Origin: Zygnema circumcarinatum SAG 698-1b
Lineage: Eukaryota > Plantae > Zygnematophyceae
Direction: 5' to 3'
NCBI GenBank assembly: GCA_037447605.1
Contig: CM074814.1
Coordinates: 806,001-870,000, forward strand
Length of the DNA stretch: 64,000 nt
Shown: one piece after another, positions 1 to 28,100 of the stretch
How positions within the stretch are numbered: position 1 is the first letter of the stretch
How the letters are laid out: every line of letters begins with the position of its first letter
Made by a program: the position numbers and the translations under genes
The notes under the pieces: model-generated
The model's database searches: none
The model's input: only the letters and a program-made list of their open reading frames with translations
What the model was told of the DNA's origin: nothing

Positions 1-151
1 TTTGGATGCTTTTGTAGGGTCCATGGGGGGTGATTTGAATCTCTATGCTTTCTTTCTGTCCTGTGTTCTTTCCTCTGTTTTATACATTGACTGCATTTTT
101 CTGGAGGGTTGAGCTGACCTTTGCTATGTGCAATGTTTGTTTGCTGTGCAG

Positions 152-736
152 TTGACCCACTTGAACGAGAAGCTCTTAGCCATGGAGGACGGCACTTCTC
201 CTGCACGGGCCATGTCTGCAGAAGAAGAAGCCCCAGAGCTTGCCATGGAGGGAGAGAGAGCGGGAGAGCCCACTACCACCATAGGTGGGAGGTGTCAGGC
301 GTCTCAGGGCAATGACACGTGTCAGGCTACGGAGAAGCCTGAGGAGGCGAGCTGCCAGCTCCCTGAGCAGACATTTGCACACGGGGAGGGAGGGGACCTC
401 GGAATGAGAGAGGACAGGGAGGGAGGCAGCCCCACATCCTCTGGGAGTGGTGTGACTGACGGGAACAGCTCCCAAAAGAGGGACGGAGGGGCCACAAGCA
501 GGCCCGCATTGAGAGGGAGTGTGAGTATGGAGATTGACAGTCAGGCGGAGGCTCTCCCTCCCCTCCCTCCTCTAATGGAGCTGCCAGAGACTCCCGGTAC
601 TGAGGACTCGGGTCTTTGGGGCTCTCTCTCGTCTTCTTCACTCTCCATGTTCGCGGACGAGATGTGTGACAATATGGAGCTTTTGGGGGACCTTGGGTGT
701 GCGCCGTGGTGGGAGAGGGAGTCGAGGGAGGCGTGA
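152..736 (+). CDS. Last coding exon of a gene starting before the window; acidic/disordered C-terminus, possibly an HD-Zip I-like transcription factor tail
   Basis: Acceptor tttgctgtgcag at 140-151 followed by an open frame LTHLNEKLLAMED...LGCAPWWERESREA* (TGA at 734-736). A zipper-end-like start and a terminal aromatic PWW motif recall HD-Zip I C-termini, but the family call is weak inference. Confidence 0.55.
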   Translation: MTHLNEKLLAMEDGTSPARAMSAEEEAPELAMEGERAGEPTTTIGGRCQASQGNDTCQATEKPEEASCQLPEQTFAHGEGGDLGMREDREGGSPTSSGSGVTDGNSSQKRDGGATSRPALRGSVSMEIDSQAEALPPLPPLMELPETPGTEDSGLWGSLSSSSLSMFADEMCDNMELLGDLGCAPWWERESREA

Positions 737-1556
737 GTGACTGAGGAGAGAAACCACGAAGTGGGGCCAACAAGGTTGCTTTACACGACTTCTAGGGCCA
801 TTCGATGTTGAGTAGAAAGGTGTGTGACACAACTGTTGTACATTCTAGTAGGGTCTGAATGATGGCGCTCAGAGGTCTTCCCTTTGAGACAGAAAGTAGT
901 TTGGAGTCAATTAGAGGCGCACTGTCTGCCTGTGGAGGGAACGCTCCGACACAGTCAAGCAGAATGCATGCAGGTATCATTAGTAGTTTGAGAGAGAGAT
1001 AGCGAAGGAGCGTGGGAGAGGGAGGGAGGGAGAGGGAGAGGGATAGGGAGGGAAGCAAGGTTTCTATAAAGACCTCTTTTTTGAGTTAGGCAGTGACTTG
1101 ACATTTGGGTCGGGGGGGAGTAAAGGCGTAAGGATAAAAGAGGCTACGATATGTGTGTGCGCATATGCACAGAGATAGGTCAGAGCAGCCTAAGGGCACA
1201 TTGCAGACCATTTTCGTGTAAAGTAGCGAGCAGGCTCTAGGAGTGTTTTCTCTTAAGTTCGAGTGTGCTTTTAGTCACTTGGCAGGTACACCTACCTATT
1301 TAAGGAATAATATACGCCGGATATTGTCACTTTCTATTGCTTCTACATGTATGTGTGCTGGGCATGGGCAATGTATGGAGGGATTTGAGAACCTTTAAAA
1401 GGTTCTAAATGAGTGGAATGCTTCCCTATCCACGAATGCAAAGGGGTGACAACTGCTCTTCAACTCCATGGCTGCATGGATGTGTGCTTGCTTGGAAGTT
1501 TGGAAGTATGGGGACTGCCAATTTGAAGTCCTTATGAATGGAGAAAGATCAGGCAT

Positions 1557-1601
<45 letters not shown>

Positions 1602-2958
1602 TATGAAGCCTTCCTTATAAGCCCTTTCAGAGAGAACGGTTCCGACTTTCATCGGCGGAAGAGCTCCAGCGGACCAAGGAGGAGGGCACAAGAGGCGAAG
1701 CGAAATTCGGAAGTTCAAGTACAAAACGGCTGGAAAAAGGCCGAGGGCGCGGTCTCCATACCCAACGCTTTGCGCGCTGTTGAACTGTAGTTCCACTCAC
1801 GTTCAACAAGACTGTAACGGAAGCAGCGAGCAAGCAGTGAAATATCCCAACGTTTGGCCACGTGGGCGCTGGCAAGGGGGATGTCTCAAAAGATATGCAG
1901 ATTTGGTCGAGATCGAAATGAGTAACATTTTATACGTCAAGGGGACCGAGAACGTACTGGTTTCGAAAGAAATTCACTAGCGAGACCCCTACGATTAGCT
2001 CTACCGTACATGTAAAAAAAAGTGTCAGCCGCGGTTCAATGATGACGACGAGTTCTCATGTTGACCGTCCGATCAACTCACTTTTGAACATTTAGCCGTC
2101 GGATTTAGCGGCGCCTCTCGCCTAATCCAATGAGGAGGCGACACGAGGTTACTATAAGCCACCGACTACTCCGCCAGTCTGTCTCCACTTTGTCCTCTGG
2201 CGGCCTTCCTGTCTTTTTCTCGGCCAGTGGACTAGCCGTACAGATATGACATTTTTGATGCCGACAAAATCTTGTTCGTATGTACTGTACCAGTCGCTGT
2301 GTCGATATTCGATTGATAACTACAATCTTGTCGTTTCTGTGTCGGTGAATTGTCGGTTTGGAATCCGCGCCGCAGACAGACTGACCGGCTGGTCAAAAGC
2401 CAAAACCATACTGATTTTTTGTCGGTTTTTTGACAGTAAGTCTTTGATTTGTTTGGCTGACGTGCTCGTTCTGATTGCCAATATGGTACTTTTTTGTCGT
2501 GTAAGTTTGCCGGTCCTTATAGTTTGTCGGGCGGCGGCCGATAAACCACCGATTCCTGTCACATACGACAAACGTATCCGCCCGGCTCCGCCGCATTACG
2601 CAAGACGTCCGTACGGTATGCTAATGACACAATGTGCCAGCTGGTGATATAGGCTAGTTTCAGATTTGGGACGTGCCGTTAGACTCAATTGTGCCATTTA
2701 GAGCGACCTTTCGGGCAGTAGTCCCAGGTCCTATTCGTATGATGCGCACGAGACGTTCCGTACGGTTAAGTTCGTACCATCCTTCTGGCGGGCGGCGGCT
2801 CCTGATTGGTAGCTGCAATTTTGGTCCAATCCGCGACTGCTCTGGTCCTGCAAGCGCCGGCGACAAGCCACGTGACATATGTCACGCGCGGTACTCCACG
2901 AAGACTTGGACGTTTGTCAATTTTCAAAAAGTTCCAGAAAAGCAGAGAGTTAATATTA

Positions 2959-3893
2959 GGGTAGTGATATTTCCACCCCTTTTTTGGATCCAAACACCCC
3001 TTCCCGGCCGGGCAGATTTCAAAAAGGATTAAAAACGGCAAATGCTTTTTTCACACCTTTTTGGAATCGATACCCACCCTCCATCGGCAGATTTTTTTTT
3101 TGCGAAACAAGGAAATAACCCGTCACCCCATTTTGAATATCCCGCCTACCTGAATTTTTTTTCACGCGTGCGGTCAATCGTAGCCGTCGATTCCCTCGCA
3201 GATCGTAACACGGCAGATCACTATTTGCTCTGCAGGCGGGCTCGGTCACAGAGAATGGCAAGTGCCCACGTATCCCGTCAAACTTGTCTCAAAAGTTTGT
3301 CCGTACAAATGTCGTACGGACGCAACTTTGAGGAACCCAATATTTCGTATATTGAGAGCTTGGACCAATCAAAGTTTTCCACGTCAAAAGTTTAACACGT
3401 GGCAGATGTTGATTGGCTGAGAGCTGACAATGACACGAGATCTCGGGCCTAGGGACGCGCCTACTCGCACGTGCGATCCACTCGTGGGCGCTTTCCATTC
3501 GCTAAGATCGAGCCCGGCTGCAGATCGAACGGTGATCTGCAGTGGTGCGATCTGCGAGGGAAATCGACAGATGCGATTGACACACACGTGTGAAGGACGG
3601 ACACCCGCGTACGATCTCGTGGGGGACGGATCTTCCGCTCCGAGCGGATTCGGGCAGGCAGATATTTCTTTCCCTCAAAAAAAAATTTCAGGGAGGCGGG
3701 ATACAGTATTCCAAAATGCGGTGACGGGGTATCATTTTCCTTGGTTAGCAAATAAAATCAGCCGACGGAAGAAGGTGGGTATCGATTCCAAAAAGGTGTG
3801 AAAAGAGCATTTTCTGTTTTTAATCCCTTTTGAAATCTGCCCGGCCGGGAAGGGGTGTTTGGATCCAAAAAAGGGGTGGAAATATCACTACCC
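2959..3893. mobile_element. Non-autonomous foldback/MITE-like DNA element with long terminal inverted repeats, flanked by TA
   Basis: Left end GGGTAGTGATATTTCCACCCC... (2959) is the reverse complement of the right end ...GGGGTGGAAATATCACTACCC (3893). About the first 70 bp match exactly, and similarity continues for ~200 bp (2959-3160 vs 3680-3893) with further inner IR blocks. TA at 2957-2958 and 3894-3895. No coding capacity. Confidence 0.88.
3365..3416. promoter_or_regulatory. Palindromic double CCAAT-N9-CCACG module inside the foldback element
   Basis: CCAAT caaagtttt CCACG (3365-3383), 14-nt spacer, CGTGG cagatgttg ATTGG (3398-3416). Confidence 0.7.
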
Positions 3894-4316
3894 TAATTTT
3901 AAACTAGTTCTCGTTGTTTCCAGAAGAAGGAGCGTCGTCACAAAGTGCTGCTTTCGAATGAACTACCGAAGTGAATCCCTCTACAATAATTTGAAGATTG
4001 AGAAGAAGCCTGAATTGGGGGGAAAGGTCAGACATACAAAGCCTTTCATACATATGATTTTCAAAAACCAGAAACGATTTTGCTCAAGATTTATTAGAAA
4101 AAGCGAACCAACATTCCTGCTTTCATAAGCAAATTTCTCACAGTAGCAGGCCAAGTCTGACTCTTCCTAATGCCCCAGACTTCAAATGTTACCCAAGTCA
4201 ATTCGGTGACAAACATTGTTCGAACCATGCATGTCCACACGTTTGCACATTGTAAACCCTAAAAACCCGAAAAACCCTAAAAACCCTAAAGACAGCCCAC
4301 AATGAGCTGGCTCTAA

Positions 4317-5037
4317 TCACAGAGAGTGAATGCTCCGAATGCGGTCCACTGCGTCCCGAACGAGCACAGACGGCTCATCGTACAAGAGCGCGGGGTTGTC
4401 CACTTTGTTCGAAATGCTCGGCTCTCCCAACAAGGCTCGAAAGGTGTCCGCAACACTATTGGAGAGGGACCTCAAGTCGTAGCCACCTTCCAAGAAGAAG
4501 ACGATTCTTCCCCCGCACAGCTGCTTAGCAAGCCCATGCAGTGCGCATGTAAGCCGATGGTACGTTCCAGTAGTGAATTGGAGGCCAGCAAGAGGATCTT
4601 GGAAGTGCGCATCATATCTGAAACATAGAGAAGCACAGTTTCAAGATACAGCACACACTTCGGTAATATAGAACATCTAAGACTTTACAATTGCTGTCGT
4701 GGGATAGTTTTCCCAAAGAAGCAGTTATACGCAAGAGTATGAAGTCCTGAAGGCTACATATAAAGAAGAACTATCTACCAAGTGCTAAGCATGACATAAA
4801 GCTTCTTCCCTCACACAGCTACTCACCCGGCTGAGACCAAAATAATGTCCGGATTGAACCTCTGCGCTGCCGGGGCAATCACTTCATCCATCACTACCGC
4901 CATAGCCTCATCTCCCGCTCCTCCCGGTAAAGGCAGATTCAAAGTACAACCCTCTCCAGCTCCATCTCCAACCTCCTCCATCTTCCCTGTCCCAGGATAG
5001 CTCCCAACCTGCCCACCAACAAAGGGCTCGCCATATT

Positions 5038-5068
<31 letters not shown>

Positions 5069-7237
5069 TCCCTCTCCCTCTCCNNNNNNNNNNTCTCCCT
5101 CTCCCTCTCCCTCTCCCTCCCCCTCTCCCTCTCCCTCAGCGAGATAGTGGCTACCTCAGTCTCTGCCCAAACAGAACAGAGAAGCGCAGTTTGCCGGTTT
5201 CAGTGAACCTCACTTGATGTGTCGAGAGAAAGAATATGTCTGGGTCTTCAAAGAACATGTCATGCGTGCCATTGCCATGGTGCACATCGAAGTCGACAAT
5301 GAGCACCCTCTTCAAGCCATGGCGGATCTGCGCATGGCGAGCTGCCACCGCTATGTGGTCGATGAGACAAAACCCCATGGGGCCCCTCGGAATGGCATGG
5401 TGGCCAGGGGGCCGTACAAGGGCAAACCCGGCTGCTGATTGGCTTGAGCTTCCCCTTGAAGCTGCCACCTGGCAATGCAATGATGAAGGTCCAAATCAAC
5501 ATTGGGATCATGAATAAGGTCTCAGTTCGTGAGTTTCTGACATTCGCATTCTATAAAGGTATGGGGAGTGATAGTCGGAGGATAGATTGTAATCATCATC
5601 ATGATTTGGAGAAGTGCCTCTGTCGGTTTACTTACCACTGAATCAACGACTGCCATCCCTGCTCCTGCTGCAAGCATGCACTCGCTGTACGACTGCTCCC
5701 ACCAAAACAATGTTGACAACAAAACAACGACAACAAAACAATGATTAACAATGTAGTTAAGCGTGAAAGATAGCTCCTTCCCCCCTCCGCTATCCCTTTC
5801 GCTCTATTCTTTCCTCACCCAATGCTATTTTTTCACTCCTCTTTCTGACTCTCTCTCCCCGTCGCTCCCATTCTGTGTATCCCTCTCGAACCTCTCCTGG
5901 TCTTCCTGCTTCCCTCATTCGAAACCCGGCTGGCTACATAATGCAGCAGATGAACACGATTGATATACATCATAGAAGGGGAAGAAGAGTTCTCCGCTTG
6001 ATGCACAATAGTGGGGGTCAGGCAATTCTGCTGCTTATGCCTCTTATTTAACTTTCAACTTTCCCTCTTTGGCAACATCTCCCATGCAAAAGTGGCGGCT
6101 TACAGACACTGTGGCATATGTGGGCCCGCTTTGCTCGATGAGGATGAGGCCTTCCTCAGCAGCCGTCTCCATGGCCTGCAAACAAACAATCTAGCAAGAA
6201 CTCAGAACAGGAAATTCTTCAGGACTACGGAATTGCTGAATATAAAGTCCTGTTACAAGATAAAAAACGGCATAAAAAAGGAAAGATCAAATCAGAGGGA
6301 TGTTCTCCAGAGATGAACCCGAATGCAGAAAGTCACAGAAGTGGCACAATTAAACAAAAAAAAAAAAAAGGTGCACAGTATAACCAAAACGGAAGTAGAG
6401 ACTAGAAAGGGACGTCATGCCTTTTCCAGGCCTTTAATATAACCTGCAGTATGAACGGCTGCCACGTCGTCAGGACTGGCTGCTGCAAACGCCTTGAGCT
6501 GTACTACTTCTCGCCCACGAAACTGCCCAACTCCAACAAGCCAAAAGTTACCAAAAACTACCATCACCACTGTAATCAGTAAGCTCCCGAAAGAGGGTAA
6601 AAGCATATTAGAGGCAAAAGACTACGTAAGACCTTTCTTCATGGCTTTTCGTTTTCTTTCTTTCCATTCTATTTTCTTTACTTTCATCTCTGTATACTCA
6701 CCTGCTCTGTCAGCTTTGAATCTTCCAAGGCTTTCAAAATTGCAGGGACTCTCTGGTTGCTCTCTGGATGGCCCTCCTGCCATTTTCCAATCCTCGAATA
6801 TCACCATTCGTCAAGGAGTTGTAAAGAAAAGTATAGCCTCTTGCGGCTCTAAAATTGCACTTTAAAGCCTTATTTCAGCAAAGCTTAGCCCCATTAAAAA
6901 GCCAAAATGGTTCTACCTGATTATGGCCCATTGAAGGAGCTGCCGCATATATGACCCGTGAATCATTCAAGTCGCTTAAAGGAATCTCCAGCTGCCCCTC
7001 CTCTCCCTCCCCTTGTGCTCTCCCTTCTATGGCCACTCGTGAGCAAACCCTAAAAGCTCGCTTTTGGGAGCCGCCAGTAACCCTAGAGGAAAACTGCGTC
7101 CGTGGACTGACATAAAAGGCCAAATTAGGTTTTGATGGCCGCCCTGCAGCAGATTTAGGGGCGCTTAAATTCGAAATTTTCGGACAGCATTTAAGTAGAG
7201 AATGCAGCCTTATGCAGGGGGAGCAGTAGCAGGCCAT
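4317..7237 (-). CDS. HDA14: Class II histone deacetylase, HDA14-like (plastid-type), 8 exons
   Basis: Exons 7237-6917, 6776-6702, 6522-6421, 6175-6104, 5692-5636, 5468-5214, 5008-4827, 4617-4317 splice in frame. Motifs [36 protein letters not shown], and C-terminus [10 protein letters not shown]...RSIHSL* as in plant HDA14. Transit-peptide-like N-terminus; intron 3 has a GC donor. Confidence 0.93.
5041..5137. repeat. (CCCTCT)n hexamer microsatellite with a 10-N assembly gap, in an HDA14 intron
   Basis: Direct reading; N at 5084-5093. Confidence 0.85.
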
Positions 7238-7660
7238 GTTCTTCCGCAAGAATCTGCCACATCGCAGCAAAATTCAATGCATAAGCCAAGAAAAAGGGGT
7301 TTGATCAATCGGCAAGAGGGCGTTCAGAGAGGGCATAAACGCAGCAGTCAGAGGTGACTGCAACAACCTTCTTGGCAATTGCATTTATCTTCTTATTCTT
7401 TACCTTAATTTATCTTTTACTTACCGTTTTTTTAATGATGAACCATGCGAGTGATGCAACCCTAATGAGGAGACACAGCGCAAATTTGGCAACAATGATG
7501 GGAAGCTGACCGTTGTTGCACCTGCTGCACTAAGCCGTTAAGAGCACCACCAAGGCTGAGAATACTCGAAAAGAGTAACAGCTTTACTGATTCTGTGCCG
7601 CTATGCGCACACCGTTGAGGGCCACGCACGCATCACGTTTTATAATCACTCACGCATATG

Positions 7661-7714
7661 CCAATGGAGGCATGCCACGTGTAAATTTGCATACACGTGG
7701 TGCCTTTTCATTGG
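7661..7714. promoter_or_regulatory. Palindromic double CCAAT-N9-CCACG module in the divergent HDA14/PUR4 promoter
   Basis: CCAAT ggaggcatg CCACG (7661-7679), 16-nt spacer, CGTGG tgccttttc ATTGG (7696-7714). Lies between ATGs at 7237 (-) and 7991 (+). Confidence 0.75.
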
Positions 7715-7990
7715 TCAACTTTCTTTTCTAGCTCGCTTTGGCGACCGGCGTCGTGCGTCTGTACACGACCGTACGGTGCGGCAATAGCCTGCCACGTGGA
7801 TCCGAAAATCTATTGCGACTCGATATAATCGACAAGTTTACAGTTGTCCCTACATCGATATACGACATAATATCGATCCGAGATAGTGCGGAAACTATCG
7901 CGATACGAACCTGCATACAACGGTAACTTTGAAGGCGTCGTCGCCCTCCCTCCGTCTCTCTCGCTTGCGCTCTCCCACCTCTTAGCAGCC

Positions 7991-23897
<15,907 letters not shown>

Positions 23898-24008
23898 AGA
23901 GAGGGCTGGGTGGGAGGAAGGGGGAGGGGGTGGCAGGGAGTGGTCAGAGGGGGTGATGGGAGGGGGTGGAAGGGGGAGGGGCATAAGAGGAAGTGAAGGG
24001 GGATGTAG

Positions 24009-24588
24009 CGTAAAACCGAACAGGTTGAGAAATTGTTAAACGAGTTTACTTAATCTCTCAATTCTCAATCTTATTGAATAGGGTTGGACTTTGAACACTC
24101 GAGGTCGAAACTTTTTCGATTTAAGAAAGGGAAAAGTGTTAAGAAAAAAGTTCAAAGACTCGAAGTGTTCGGTCGCACGTGTAGATTCCACTTTTCGCCA
24201 CGTTGGTTCCGTGCGATTAAGGGATCCGGTTACTGTAACCCGACCGCCATTTTTGCCGTAGGACTTTTCATTCGAGACGATCAATCAATCAATTGTACGG
24301 ACATCCGGGTTCACTTGCTTTGCGATCAGCTAAAATCTCATTGTTGATCGGTGGACCCAAGGAAAACTCAAATTGAACACAAACGATGATTACTTGTTCA
24401 ATGCTCAATTGGTTCTCCATAAAAATTGTAATGAGAAAAAGAATTAGGAATTCATTTCTCATTTCCCAAAACGTATCGTGTTCACAAATACAGAGTTTTT
24501 TTTTCTGAGGAACTTCTTTTGAAAGATTTTTTTTTTCGAGATGCCAAAATCTGTAGTTTTCTTTTTTCTCAACCTGTTCGGTTTTACG
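24009..24588. mobile_element. Putative MITE with 24-bp terminal inverted repeats between the convergent PUR4 and MON1 3' ends
   Basis: CGTAAAACCGAACAGGTTGAGAAA at 24009-24032 and its exact reverse complement at 24565-24588; AT-rich non-coding interior; no clear target-site duplication. Confidence 0.6.
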
Positions 24589-25171
24589 GCAGTGGAGAGG
24601 CTATGTATGGTCATTTGGGAATTTAGTGAGAGTACGGGAGAGGGAGAGAGGGGAGAGAGAGAGGGAGGGAGGAAGGGAGAGCGAGGGAGAGAGAAAGAGG
24701 GAGAGAGGAAGAGGGGGGGAGGGAAGGAGGGCGAGTGAGAGAGAGATAGAAAGAGAGAGAGGGAGGGGGAGGGAGTGGGAGGGGGGGAAAGCCATGGCGA
24801 CATACATGGCGCATGAGGTTTCAAATGTAGTGTTGGCCTGCAGTGGCAAGGAGGCTGCCTGCAGACACTTGGAATTATGGGTTCCCGGAATTCACGGGTT
24901 TTTTGTTCTCATGCAAAAACCATTCACATGCATCGTACAGATATTGCTACGAGGAAAAAATGACTTCACCGATAAGGGGGAAATCGTTTTGATTTTTTGC
25001 CCTCCATTTGACGTGGGCAGCAGACTCATCTCGTTCTAGATTCACTGTTTCCACCCCTCCCTCTACTCAACAGCCTGTGGAGAGGACAGGTGGACGAGAG
25101 AGGGAGATAGAGAGACTGCCGAGGTAGAGATCTCTGCCTTAATTGAGGGCCAAGCCTTCGCCATTTTACAA

Positions 25172-28100
25172 CTATGAAGAGAAGGTAAAGGGCATCCGTG
25201 AGAACACTTCCTCCTCAAAGCCGCGCAGCCATTCGGTCACACGGTTGCAGATAGCGATCGAAGATCTCTGCACCATGCCTTGCCATCGGCATCAGTTTCC
25301 TATTAGGGCTGCACAAAAATCAGTCAGAAAACCCTAAATAGCCCTGACAAGCACTCGTCAAACGAGAACGATTCAATGTCCCCACCTGTTTCTGGTGGGT
25401 TCTCTTTGCCATCTTGAAAAAAACAAGAAGACACGTGCATGAGTACATTCTGCCAGTTGAGTCGAACTGCATAATGATGTGTGAATGCTGGACAGAATGA
25501 AGAGGGGGCTTTCAGACCTGAAAAAATCGACATAGGATTTATTTTCAAGAAGGACGCACTTCGAATTTCGGTCTTACTACCTATTTCTCGGGAAAGTGCG
25601 AATTCTGAAAGGTGGAACTTCCCTAAGTTTCAAAACCCCCATATTGATCAGAATGAATGTTCGAAAGAATGATAATCGGAAGGAGTGAGTGTCCCTCACC
25701 TTATCTGCCAACGGATCGAAGGCGGCGAAAATTTCGAAGTCATGTGTTCTCCATGCCAAGAGCACTGCCATCCATCCACTCCTCAAATGGGGCCTATTCT
25801 TAGACGAGCTTTGTTCACAGGTCTTTCTCTGAGACTCGCCGAACATTTAGCCCAATCCTGCATTTCATTGCTGTTCATTTTTGTTTTTTAAGAATGAATG
25901 AACAAATAACAGGCCATGCATAGAGGCGGTACCAAAATGGTCGTCCCTCCGATATTGCATTTTCTGCCCTCCCGAGGGACCTCCCTCTCCTAACATGGAA
26001 GCACGGAGCCGTTGATAGGCACGTAATAACCTGCAGCACATAGAAGCAAAAAGGACCAAAGTTCAGAACAAAGCTTTCATGAGCTTACAAGATAACTTTG
26101 AACAGCAATGCTTCAGGGTATAGTTCAACAAAAAATCGAGCTGCTTCCTCTGGAGGATTAGATGATAGCTCCATTCACTCTTTCTTTAACAATAGTTGCC
26201 AGTTAACCAACAAATTTCATGGAATAGTTACAGACCAGTTCCCAAAAATGGTTCAGTTAGTTACGGACATCCACCCACCTTTTTTGTGACTTTTTTGTCG
26301 TCAACGGTGGAGAATATTTGGAAACCACGTATTGCTCAAGTGCGGATTTTCGATACATGAAATGGAGAAGCCCCCCAGGGCTTCCAAACCTTCCAACCAC
26401 TCCATTTCTGTATGCTGCTTCCCCACTTGCTGATCTTGCCTCATCCTCCATTTCTATCGATAGTCGGAGCCCTACATCTGTTACTTGCTCAAAGAGTCCC
26501 TCCTCCTCTCCCTCTCCCCTCTCTCCTTCCTTTGCTTCATCTTCAGACCCCACTTCTGCTCCTGATGACAGCTGCTCCCTTACAGATAGTGATGCTGAAG
26601 GAGAAGTGCTGCTTGGGAGATCTTCCACTCGCAGGCCACCACTTAATGATGAGAGCTCCTCTGCTGAACGAATGATTTCTCTCAGAGCACCCGAATTACA
26701 AAGTGAACTTTCCACAGATGCTCTGCTTGCCCAAAGAAATGATATGGTCAGTTCAACTCCTCAATTCTGCACAGGAGAGGCCTTCAGCTTATTCACGCCG
26801 GTTTCCTTAATATAGCAACTTGATGCTCCTCTACCCTCGTTCTAAATAAGAATGGAATAACATTTACAAATCTTTTTGACTATTTCACATGTCAATAAAG
26901 CGGATGTGGTATAAACACGGAATGAGGTGCTATGCCCTGCCATTCCCTGAAACAATCTGAACTAGGACAGGAATGCGCAGAAACAAAAATTCGATGAGTT
27001 TCTGGATGACAAGTTCGTCGTCTAGTCGCAGGCTTAATCCCTCCAATGCTCACAAAACACTTAGGACACATGAACCGGGTACATCATCTTTCCTGTCTTG
27101 TCCTTTGAATCTCGTTCCTTTTGAACTTAACATGCGACGAAATTAGATTACTAATAGATAGACTTGAGTAAGAATTCCAGACCTGCACTCCTTCAGAGCA
27201 TAGAAGCCGCTGGGGTCGGAAGTCAAAAGAACGAGACATGCTTGCGGCACAAGATACTTCACATACGCGTAGAGAAAGGCAGCTGAGTTGTATCTTGGCA
27301 GGCATACGGGAGAATATGTTTCGGACATTCTGCCACATAAAAACATGGGGGAATATCACGAGCCCGGTAACATCGCAATGCAAATTCACTCAGCATTGAG
27401 CTTGGCTTGCTTGCTGATTGGCCACAGCCATCTGAGGATAACGTACAAAGACAAGATTATCGAGAGGGCATTTCGACCTGAATATGAGGACCTGTAAAAG
27501 AATCGTTGTTTCTCTTTCGTCGGGACTTACCTGAATGACTCGGAGGAGGTGATGAAGTTGGAGAGCAGAAATAAGTCGTCAACATGAAAAAACTGTTTTC
27601 TGGGAGCAGCAAATGCAATCACCTGCAAATAAAAAAAGAGAGAAAAGCGTCAACCGGCGTGACAGAAAGCCTTCCCTATCACCTGCATTAAGTGAGTCAA
27701 AGGGAGGAGAAATTACCTTAGTTCCACATAACAATAGAGCGTAAAACAAGGGTGCTGAAGTAGCAGCTTCTATCAGGGCCTGCCCCGCCGCATGTCGGGC
27801 CCAAACCGGAAGGCGTAGACATGCATAGGCTTTGAGAACTGTTGCATAATCCCTGCCCATATTAACAACTCATTGTAAGAAAGCAGCAGCAGGAATACCA
27901 CCCTTAGTCGCCACGAGTGAACTTGAGTCCATTCGGGTCTTAGTATCCATCATGATTTTGACTGAAGATTAGTCGCTTGAGCTCAATGGCTGAAATTATG
28001 CGGAAATGGACTAGGACATACATTTGATGTAGTGTAGAGCAAGGATACACGAGTCATAGCAGAAACACAAAGAAAACTTTCCATATGAGCTGAATTTACA

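Noticed and set aside
2127-2145. Further promoter module (CCAAT-N9-ACACG)
   Set aside because: Only a mismatched half-site with no inverted partner; not counted among the six modules.
2959-3893. CACTA/EnSpm classification because CACTA occurs in the TIR
   Set aside because: The motif is in the wrong orientation (5'-GGGTAGTG...CACTACCC-3') and there is no 3-bp TSD.
7435-7510. C/D box snoRNA (ATGATGA...CTGA)
   Set aside because: No terminal stem and no recognisable rRNA guide sequence; it lies in the HDA14 upstream region.
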